From a virus: a stretch of 52,029 bases of DNA. The stretch is from UHGV virus genome UHGV-0205583; one strand, 5' to 3'. Under the pieces are notes generated by a model. That model was not told where the DNA came from and did not search any database. It saw only the letters and a program-made list of their open reading frames with translations. The translations under genes were made by a program, and so were the position numbers. Of this stretch, positions 45,056 to 52,029 are shown piece after piece (the first letter of the stretch is position 1; each line of letters opens with the position of its first letter).

Positions 45056-45607
45056 ATGGCTAAGGGCTGGAACATTGACCCAGCGGCATTCGCCGGGCTT
45101 GTGGCAGAAGATGTCAAACTACGCCAGCGGACAATCGCCATTCAGCTGCTGAATGAAATCGTTCAGCGGTCGCCGGTAGGAAACCCGGAGCTGTGGGCCA
45201 TCAACGCGACCGCGGTTCAATACAACAAAGCTATTGGGGAATGGAACGAATCTCTTTATGCCGATCCTGCCAACCTGACAAAGACAGGCCGTCTCAGAAA
45301 GAAAGCCCGTGTTAATGACAGCATGGATATTATGCGGCCGGCTGAGTATCGCGCAGGAACCTTCAGGGCATCGCATTTTGTCAGCATCGGCGAACCTAAT
45401 CATTCCGTCCCGACCGAACCGGATCCGCGCGGGACAATGACGTTTCTTAATGGCAAAAATATTATTGACCAGGCGCCAGCCTACTCGGTGATTTACATCC
45501 AGTCGAACCTGCCTTACTCCGTGCCTCTGGAGAATGGCCACTCAACACAGGCGCCGACAGGCGTCTATGCCGTCTCGTTTAATGGTGTAATTCAGGCCTA
45601 CAAATGA
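45056..45607 (+). CDS. tail completion / neck protein, putative
   Basis: 183 aa. Position only. Confidence 0.4.
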   Translation: MAKGWNIDPAAFAGLVAEDVKLRQRTIAIQLLNEIVQRSPVGNPELWAINATAVQYNKAIGEWNESLYADPANLTKTGRLRKKARVNDSMDIMRPAEYRAGTFRASHFVSIGEPNHSVPTEPDPRGTMTFLNGKNIIDQAPAYSVIYIQSNLPYSVPLENGHSTQAPTGVYAVSFNGVIQAYK

Positions 45608-45996
45608 CCCTTACAGAAATCAGAAACGCTGTCATTTCCCGAATGGCGGCACAGACCGCTATTGCCTCTGATGCGGTTGATTATCCCAATGGCCCGGTAT
45701 TTGACCCCAGTAACCGCGATATCTGGGCCCGACTAACCAACATTGCTGGGCAGGCTGGCGCAACAGAGATCGGGGACGGGCCGGTAGTCCACAGGACGGG
45801 CTTACTCATCATTCAGCTGTTTGTTCCGGTCGGTTCCGGGACGTTGCTTATCTCCCGAACGGCCGATCAGCTAACGGAGCTATTCGAGTTTAAGGACGAC
45901 GGAAAGCTGAGTTATTTCGCTGTTTCTGCTGTGCCGGCGGGTGAGACCGATGGCTGGTTACAGCTCAATCTTCAAATTCCTTATCGCGCTCTGTAG
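45604..45996 (+). CDS. tail terminator protein (gpU-like), putative
   Basis: 130 aa directly upstream of the major tail protein gene. Confidence 0.45.
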   Translation: MTLTEIRNAVISRMAAQTAIASDAVDYPNGPVFDPSNRDIWARLTNIAGQAGATEIGDGPVVHRTGLLIIQLFVPVGSGTLLISRTADQLTELFEFKDDGKLSYFAVSAVPAGETDGWLQLNLQIPYRAL

Positions 45997-46019
45997 CGCA
46001 CAAAAAACAGGAGGCTCCT

Positions 46020-47192
46020 GTGAGCTCAGGTGCAAAAGTAGTAGCTGCGTTTATTCGCGAGACAACGCCAGGAATCACGCCTACAGCAGGGGCGTGGAAC
46101 CTGCTGCGTCGTTCTTCATTTGGTCTGAAACCAACGCAGAACACCAACGACAATGACGAAATCGCTGGTGACCGCATGGCGCAGGGTGTTTCACGCGGCA
46201 CAGTGGATGTCGGCGGCGATGTCGGCACGCGGTTTCGCTGGAACCAGCATGATGATTTTCTTGCCAGCTGCTTCGGTTCCGAATGGCTAAATAACGTGCT
46301 GACGATGGGTAATGGTCGCATTACGTTCTCCGTGGCGACTTTTGCCAGTGATGTGGGGATCGCCCAGATTGCCCGCGGTTGCCAGGTTGGCACCTTCCAG
46401 ATGGAAATCCCGGCCGATGGTGATATCACTGCAACCATTACGTTTGCAGGGCTGGACTGGGAGACGAAGGGGGACGATACCAGCTATTTCACCGCGCCGG
46501 TGGATTTAGCGGGGGCGCTGCGTTACTCCTTCAAAGAGGTCACGAACATCCGGCTAAATGGTGTTGATGGCGGGACAGGTTTCTGCGTCGACACCTTCAA
46601 CATCCAGTTCAACAACAATATGCAGACTCAGCGCTGCATCGGTACCGGTTCGGCATTCGCCGGTGCAAACATTCCGACAACCTTTACCCCGTCAGGTCAA
46701 ATCACGCTGTCATGGTCAAAGGCTGCCTGGGAGGTTTACAAAAAAACGTTCACCGGCGAAACGGTGCCGTTTAGCTTCACCCTGGAGAATGCTGAAGGCG
46801 CCTATACCTTCGATTTCCCGGAAGTGCAAATCTCCGGCGACTGGCCGGATGCGGGGAGCACTGACATTGTTCAGGTTCAGCTGGATATCACCGCGGCCAA
46901 TACTCCGCCAACTATCACCCGCGTCCCCAAAGTGCCGGCGATGGCAATCAGTGTTGCGCCAGCCACTTCAACTGGGGCCGTGGGATCCACGGTGACGTTA
47001 ACCGCCACGCTTACGCCAGCTGATTCAACTGATACCGTCCAGTGGACGTCATCGGATCCGACTATCGCCAGCGTGGTTTCTACCGGGCAGAAAACAGCAA
47101 CAGTCACCAGAAATGCTGCTGGTACTGCAATCATCACCGGTAAGGCCCGCACCTATACCGCAACGTCTGAAATCACCGTTACCGCGCCTTAA
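46020..47192 (+). CDS. major tail protein with C-terminal Big_2 Ig-like domain
   Basis: GTG start with an AGGAGG SD. The C-terminal roughly 90 aa have a Big_2 pattern (AVGSTVTLTATLTPADSTDTVQWTSSDPTIASV...). gpV-like arrangement. Confidence 0.8.
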   Translation: MSSGAKVVAAFIRETTPGITPTAGAWNLLRRSSFGLKPTQNTNDNDEIAGDRMAQGVSRGTVDVGGDVGTRFRWNQHDDFLASCFGSEWLNNVLTMGNGRITFSVATFASDVGIAQIARGCQVGTFQMEIPADGDITATITFAGLDWETKGDDTSYFTAPVDLAGALRYSFKEVTNIRLNGVDGGTGFCVDTFNIQFNNNMQTQRCIGTGSAFAGANIPTTFTPSGQITLSWSKAAWEVYKKTFTGETVPFSFTLENAEGAYTFDFPEVQISGDWPDAGSTDIVQVQLDITAANTPPTITRVPKVPAMAISVAPATSTGAVGSTVTLTATLTPADSTDTVQWTSSDPTIASVVSTGQKTATVTRNAAGTAIITGKARTYTATSEITVTAP

Positions 47193-47245
47193 TTTACCTG
47201 GCCCGTTATGCGGTCATCGCGGATCGGGCTTTTTTGGGAGTCTTT

Positions 47246-47728
47246 ATGCTGATTATTTCTTCTCAAATTGATTTGAACGGAGAACGCTGGTTTTTCCCTT
47301 TCAAAAAGCCAGCAGGAAGTAAAAAGAAATTCACGCCGGAAGACGAGGCGCTATTTAAACTCCGTCTGCTGGTGGCCAGTAGCGAGAATCCACAATACCG
47401 CTCACGCAATGCGCTGGTGCGGCGCCATATCGACAAAATGGACGCGAGCTACCAGGTCGGTACGGATGCTTTCGATCTCGCCAGTGTGGGCGAGATTGAC
47501 TCGGTTGATGATCTTCTCATCGACAATTGCGCGCGCTTTCTTCTGAAAGACTGGGAAGGCGTGGGGGAGTTGGTGGATGATACGGAGACGGCGGTAGCGT
47601 ATACACCGGAGCGTGGTGTTGCGTTACTGAAGCAAAACCCCTCTCTGTACTGGCTTATTCTGGCTGAGGCGGCGAATATTGCTCAGGGTAAGGAGCAGCA
47701 GACTCAGGAAACCGTAAAAAAGCCATAG
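47246..47728 (+). CDS. tail assembly chaperone G
   Basis: Lies between the major tail protein and the G-T frameshift window. Ends 6 nt after the slippery site. Confidence 0.7.
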   Translation: MLIISSQIDLNGERWFFPFKKPAGSKKKFTPEDEALFKLRLLVASSENPQYRSRNALVRRHIDKMDASYQVGTDAFDLASVGEIDSVDDLLIDNCARFLLKDWEGVGELVDDTETAVAYTPERGVALLKQNPSLYWLILAEAANIAQGKEQQTQETVKKP

Positions 47729-48072
47729 AGGCCCAAAAGTGGCTAAAGGAATTCGCTGGCGAACAGGGCGAGAAAGCAAAGTGGCGCAGGGAGAAACTAA
47801 ATCTCCCGCCCATTCCAGAGCCTGAAATCGATGCAGTTACTGGGGAGATCCTCAACGCTTACGCCATGATATCGCGCGGCAGGAAGTATGCCGGCATGGC
47901 CGGAGTGCCGCTCCCTCTATCCCTGAACGATATTGAGCTTTACCTGGCATCGCGCACCATCCTGATCGACCGCATTGAGTTTGACGCAGCCATACTGGCT
48001 CTCGATGATGCCTGGAGGGCTGAGTGGGCAGAGGCACAGAAACGTGCAGCGGATAAGAAAGGAAGCAACTGA
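47246..48072 (+). CDS. tail assembly chaperone G-T frameshift fusion product
   Basis: The -1 frame after the slippery site (AIEAQKWLKEFAGEQGEKAKWRREKLNLPPIPEPEIDAVTGEI...) continues into the annotated 68-aa ORF at 47866..48072. Confidence 0.6.
47716..47722 (+). promoter_or_regulatory. programmed -1 ribosomal frameshift slippery heptamer A_AAA_AAG (G to G-T)
   Basis: Read in the 0 frame as GTA AAA AAG. The -1 frame is open from 47722 to the stop at 48070..48072. Confidence 0.65.
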
Positions 48073-48148
48073 CCTACCATTAATGGTGGTCCATGCTCCT
48101 GAAAGTCGATGATAGGATGTTTCCGATTGCAATCAAAGGAAACATATA

Positions 48149-48505
48149 ATGAAAAAAGTCATCGCTTTGGCGCTTGGAGCGCTGTTACTTTCTGGTTGTA
48201 CAGTACGTGTTGCAGATTTGACTGTGGCGAGTACTAAAAATTACAACCTCAATGGGGGTAAGTTCTATAAAGGGAAACGTGTAACAGCAGAAGATAGCTA
48301 TCCGGTTATCATCTTCCCTCTTGGCATCCCGAACGTTAAAACAGCCGCTGATCGAGCGATTGAAAAAGATCGCTGTGCAGTTGGTCTGTCTGACGTAGTT
48401 GTCACTCAACTTAACCACTCCTTCCTGTTCGGTAAGATTGGTCTGCGTGTTGAGGGTAATCTTGTGATTGACCGCAGCCTGCCGGGTTGTGAGAACGCAA
48501 GCTGA
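48149..48505 (+). CDS. lipoprotein (moron inserted between G-T and the tape measure)
   Basis: Signal peptide and lipobox (LLLSGC), 118 aa. GC is lower than in the tail genes. Has its own terminator. Confidence 0.55.
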   Translation: MKKVIALALGALLLSGCTVRVADLTVASTKNYNLNGGKFYKGKRVTAEDSYPVIIFPLGIPNVKTAADRAIEKDRCAVGLSDVVVTQLNHSFLFGKIGLRVEGNLVIDRSLPGCENAS

Positions 48506-48512
48506 ATGATAA

Positions 48513-48536
48513 AGCCACCATCTGGTGGCTTTTTAA
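48513..48536 (+). terminator. rho-independent terminator
   Basis: AGCCACC-atct-GGTGGCT followed by TTTTT. Confidence 0.7.
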
Positions 48537-48552
48537 TTTATGGGGTAGACAA

Positions 48553-48984
48553 GTGAAGATTATTGGATACTTAGCGATTGTAATAGGGGTGATCTTTGCT
48601 GTATCGGCGCTATTTATGGATGTGACAGTAGCGACAAGCGGTGGCTATAGGGTTAACAATCTTGGATTAATATCATCGCGCCAAAATTATATGATATTTG
48701 GAGGTTTCGTAGCCATCGCAGGTATCATTATTGCTCTGGTGGGAGATAAGCTAAAAGCGTCCGGAACTTCAGTCAAATGCCCTTACTGCGCAGAATTAAT
48801 AAATTCCGAAGCGGTGAAGTGCAAGCATTGCGGGAGTGATGTAACTCCTTCGAAGATAATAGCTAACACTGACAATACTGGAGCTAGTGATAGGCTGGCT
48901 GATGTCAATGTAAAGTTAATCGCTGGAATTGCAATTACTGTCTTTGCGGTGATTATCGTAGCAATAATGTTTTACCGCCAATGA
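48553..48984 (+). CDS. membrane protein with cytoplasmic zinc-ribbon (CPYC...CKHC) between TM helices
   Basis: 143 aa. Two N-terminal TM segments, then CxxC-x13-CxxC, then a C-terminal TM segment. Has its own terminator. Confidence 0.5.
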   Translation: MKIIGYLAIVIGVIFAVSALFMDVTVATSGGYRVNNLGLISSRQNYMIFGGFVAIAGIIIALVGDKLKASGTSVKCPYCAELINSEAVKCKHCGSDVTPSKIIANTDNTGASDRLADVNVKLIAGIAITVFAVIIVAIMFYRQ

Positions 48985-49016
48985 AGTAAAGACCCGACAG
49001 TTTCAAAAAGTTCCAA

Positions 49017-49038
49017 CCTCGCTTTGGCGGGGTTTTTT
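49017..49038 (+). terminator. rho-independent terminator
   Basis: CCTCGC-tttg-GCGGGG (with one G-U pair) followed by TTTTTTATT. Confidence 0.6.
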
Positions 49039-49057
49039 ATTGCCCGGAGAAAAGCAC

Positions 49058-51955
49058 GTGACAGAACAAACCTCCCGCCTGGCCATTATTATTGACAGCT
49101 CTGGGGCAGAAAAGCAGGCTGACAATCTCGCAACTGCACTTGTAAAAATGACGCAGGCAGGTGAACGTGCTGCCACCAGTGCAGGGAAAGTGACAAAGGC
49201 CACTGATGAAGAAAAACAGTCCCTTTCTGAACTTTTAGATCGTATCGACCCGGTAAACGCCGCCCTGAACAAACTGGATAAACAACAGCAGGATCTTGCG
49301 AAATTCAAATCCAAGGGGATGGTAGATACCGATACATTCGATCTTTATTCAAAGAAAATCGAGGAAACACGAAACAGGCTAACAGGATTTCGCGACGACC
49401 TTGGTAAAACCGGCCAATCCGCCGCCCAGACCGCCTATGCCATGCGCATGATCCCGGCTCAGATGACAGATATTGTTGTCGGCTTATCCACCGGTCAGTC
49501 TCCGTTTATGGTGCTGATGCAGCAGGGCGGGCAGTTAAAAGATATGTTTGGTGGTATTGGTCCGGCAATTAAGGGTGTGGGCACCTATGTTATGGGGTTG
49601 GTTAACCCTTTAACTCTTGCAGCTGCGGCGGTCGGATTTCTTGGTCTGGCCTATTACAAAGGCACTCAGGAGCAGGACGAATTTTATAAGTCTCTCGTTC
49701 TCACTGGTAATCTGGTAGGCAAAACTTCGGGTCAACTGGCAGATATGGCGGCCCGTGTATCGGTCGCAGCTAACTCCACAACCGGTGCAGCAGCTTCAAC
49801 GCTGAATCAGTTGGTGTTATCCGGTAAAGTAGCTGGCGACTCATTGGAGCGCGTGACAACCGCCATTGTTAAGACCAGCGAGGCGACGGGCATTGCTACC
49901 GATAAGCTGGTTGGTGATTTCAACGACATTACTGCTGACCCGGTTGCGGCCATTACCAAACTTAACGACCAGTACCACTTTCTGACACTGGCAACCTACA
50001 ACCAGATTAAAGCGCTACAGGATGAAGGTAATCAGCAGGATGCTGCACGGGTGGCTACTGATGCTTACGCCAATGCCATGCAGCAGCGTGCGAATGATAT
50101 TCATCAGAATCTTGGTCTTCTTGAAAGTGCATGGGACTCGCTGGGTAAAACGGCCAAAGGCGCCTGGGATGCGATGCTCAATATTGGGCGTGAACAAACA
50201 CTAACGGATAAACTTGCCACCTTAAACGAAAATATTGCTGAAGCCCAAAAGGGGCAAAAAGATGGTGGGTTCTGGAACAGTTTTAGCGCGAGGTTTACCA
50301 ACCTCCCGGAGATGATAAAACAGAGAGATTTGCTCGAATCAGTTGCCAATCTTCAGGGGGATGTAACCAAAGGACAGGCGAAGGCTAAGGAAGCCGAACA
50401 GCAAAGAATTAAAACGCAGCAGGAAGCAGATCGCGTTAACCAGCAATATCTGAGCAATGCGGATAAGCGCAATAAAGCTATTAAGCAGCAAAGCGAATTC
50501 CTGAAGGCTGGTGCAATTACTGCAGAGCAATATGCAAAAAATGTTTCTCGCATTAACGAGATGTACAAAGATCCGAAACCACCCAAGACGCCAAAGGGTA
50601 AAGCATATACCGAGGACGCGGCAACCCGGCTGCTTGATCAAATAAACCAGCAGACAGCTGCCTTGCAGTCGCAACTGGATGCCAGTGACAAGCTTAACAG
50701 CGCAACCCAGGCACGTGTTAAGTTCGAACAGCAAATTACTGACCTCAAGTCTAAAACGCAGCTCACCGCTGACCAGAAATCGATCCTTTCCCGTTCAGAT
50801 GAAATCCTCCAGGCGTATAAGCAGCAGGAGGCACTGCAAAACTCCGTAAAAACCCTGGACGATTACCGGAAAATGCAGGAACAGGTAAAGACGAAGGATG
50901 AGCGGACCAACGATCTGCTTAAAACCCGTCTTGAACTTCTGGAGAAGGCCAAAGCAACCGGGCAACTAAAGCCCGGTGAATATGAAAAAACACGGGCAGA
51001 TATTTATCAAAACACCGATATGCAACTGCCCTCGACGGTTCGTAATGTTGTAGGAAACCTGACACCCACAGGAGGGCGACTCTCTGGAACTTTTGAGGGG
51101 ATACAGGGGCAAATCAATGAATATGACCAGGCGCAGCAGGAGCTCCAGCGCTGGCTGGCAGCTCAGGAGGAAGCTTATGCGAAGGCCGGCGAAATAACTG
51201 CCGAGGGTGAGGCCAGAATGACGTCGATTCGTCAGCGTGCAGCGGATGCAAATCAGGTCATCGAGGCTCAGAAAAACACCATCATATCTGCGGCCACGCA
51301 GTCCTTGTTTGACAGTACCGCCGACATCATGCGAACGGGGTTTGGTGAGCAATCGGCAATCTACAAGGTTGCTTTTGCTGCGAGCAAGGCATTCGCTATC
51401 GCGGACTCAATGGTGAAAATCCAGCAGGCTATAGCAAGCGGTGCAGTTAGCGCGCCTTATCCGGCCAACATCATCGCTATGGCCTCAATCGCTGCGCAGA
51501 CCGCCAGTATCGTCTCAAATATCCAGGCTGTTTCAGGAGTTGGCTTCGCCTCCGGCGGTTACACCGGCCCCGGTGGTAAGTATCAGCCCGCGGGTATTGT
51601 TCACAAAGGTGAGTACGTCTTCGACCAGGCGTCAACGAACCGGATCGGCGTGTCTCAGCTTGAGGCACTTCGAAATGGCCAACCGCTTGATGCAACTCTG
51701 GGGCGTACAGGGTTTGGTACTGGTGTTCAGAACGTTAACAGCGATAACCGTAGGCAAACAACTGTACACGCGCCGATTAATCAGGAGTTTCATCTCCAGG
51801 GTATTACTCCGGAGCAGTTGAGCGCTACACTCAATCAGAATAATCGACAGCTTTCCAGGCAGTTAAAAGGTGAACTCACAAAGGAGGTTACCATGCCACA
51901 AGGGGCTTTTGGCAACGCTCTAAAAGGAAACTATACACGACACGGTCCTAGGTAA
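49058..51955 (+). CDS. tail tape measure protein
   Basis: About 966 aa, Ala/Gln/Lys-rich with coiled-coil segments and central hydrophobic segments. Follows G/G-T. GTG at 49058 is preferred over the TTG at 49040, which abuts the terminator. Confidence 0.85.
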   Translation: MTEQTSRLAIIIDSSGAEKQADNLATALVKMTQAGERAATSAGKVTKATDEEKQSLSELLDRIDPVNAALNKLDKQQQDLAKFKSKGMVDTDTFDLYSKKIEETRNRLTGFRDDLGKTGQSAAQTAYAMRMIPAQMTDIVVGLSTGQSPFMVLMQQGGQLKDMFGGIGPAIKGVGTYVMGLVNPLTLAAAAVGFLGLAYYKGTQEQDEFYKSLVLTGNLVGKTSGQLADMAARVSVAANSTTGAAASTLNQLVLSGKVAGDSLERVTTAIVKTSEATGIATDKLVGDFNDITADPVAAITKLNDQYHFLTLATYNQIKALQDEGNQQDAARVATDAYANAMQQRANDIHQNLGLLESAWDSLGKTAKGAWDAMLNIGREQTLTDKLATLNENIAEAQKGQKDGGFWNSFSARFTNLPEMIKQRDLLESVANLQGDVTKGQAKAKEAEQQRIKTQQEADRVNQQYLSNADKRNKAIKQQSEFLKAGAITAEQYAKNVSRINEMYKDPKPPKTPKGKAYTEDAATRLLDQINQQTAALQSQLDASDKLNSATQARVKFEQQITDLKSKTQLTADQKSILSRSDEILQAYKQQEALQNSVKTLDDYRKMQEQVKTKDERTNDLLKTRLELLEKAKATGQLKPGEYEKTRADIYQNTDMQLPSTVRNVVGNLTPTGGRLSGTFEGIQGQINEYDQAQQELQRWLAAQEEAYAKAGEITAEGEARMTSIRQRAADANQVIEAQKNTIISAATQSLFDSTADIMRTGFGEQSAIYKVAFAASKAFAIADSMVKIQQAIASGAVSAPYPANIIAMASIAAQTASIVSNIQAVSGVGFASGGYTGPGGKYQPAGIVHKGEYVFDQASTNRIGVSQLEALRNGQPLDATLGRTGFGTGVQNVNSDNRRQTTVHAPINQEFHLQGITPEQLSATLNQNNRQLSRQLKGELTKEVTMPQGAFGNALKGNYTRHGPR

Positions 51956-52029
51956 GCTAAACTGCATTAGCTGAGACTTGATTAGGTAGGTAAGTCTAAC
52001 AATCTGAGTAGGTACAAGAAAACACAAGG

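Noticed and set aside
1-52029. tRNA, rRNA and CRISPR arrays (attB-type tRNA next to the P4-type integrase; repeat-spacer arrays)
   Set aside because: I did not spot a tRNA-like T-arm/acceptor signature (e.g. GGTTCGAATCC) near int or elsewhere. I saw no regularly spaced direct repeats of CRISPR type; the repeat families noticed have only two or three dispersed copies.

Overview
The window reads as one lambdoid (Rac-like) temperate phage genome of an enterobacterium, about 52 kb, in the attP (excised or virion) arrangement with an arbitrary record start inside the tail module. The tape-measure gene runs to the 3' end of the window and the distal tail genes open the 5' end, so the two ends look contiguous if the molecule is circular or permuted. 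Gene order, left to right:

- Tail tip and tailspike: two minor tail proteins, a K-like NlpC/P60 protein, the J host-specificity protein and a beta-helix tailspike (1..7.5 kb).
- A b-region of cargo: an AT-rich membrane protein, decayed recombinase remnants, LexA-boxed umuDC and a divergent yedK-like SRAP gene (7.7..12.7 kb).
- A 313-bp AT-rich spacer (presumed attP), then a P4-type integrase and an AlpA-like excisionase.
- A leftward early operon: recE, recT, an Rrf2-family regulator and small ORFs.
- An immunity region: a short cI-type repressor lacking a peptidase domain, cro, a cII/YdaT-like gene and replication genes.
- An accessory island: AraC remnant, MazG-like gene, a RelE/HigB-like toxin with an Xre-COG2856 peptidase partner, and a two-gene operon containing a thymidylate-synthase-fold enzyme.
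- An SOS-controlled operon: LexA box, dinI, a candidate antirepressor, a LexA DNA-binding-domain-only protein, a DUF968-like protein and a Q-position gene.
- Lysis cassette (holin, GH24 endolysin, Rz/Rz1), small genes with duplicated terminator modules, then terS and terL.
- Head genes: portal, MuF-like protein, scaffold and capsid.
- Tail genes: major tail protein with a Big_2 domain, G and G-T chaperones, two inserted genes, then the tape measure.

The main findings are below.

- A roughly 105-140 nt structured RNA motif occurs three times, promoter-proximal in the late operon (twice) and in the leftward early operon. The stems covary, which suggests a put-like cis-antiterminator.
- A 20-25 bp motif recurs four times, each copy containing an ATG, and lies directly after an upstream stop codon in three of them.
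- An SOS antirepressor-type induction circuit is likely: a short repressor without a cleavage domain, plus a LexA-boxed dinI operon.
- A LexA DNA-binding domain is encoded alone, without the peptidase domain.
- A thymidylate-synthase-like two-gene module sits beside a 68-bp cluster of rare restriction sites that looks synthetic.
- Two autonomous gene cassettes are inserted between the G-T frameshift and the tape measure.

I found no tRNA, rRNA or CRISPR array.
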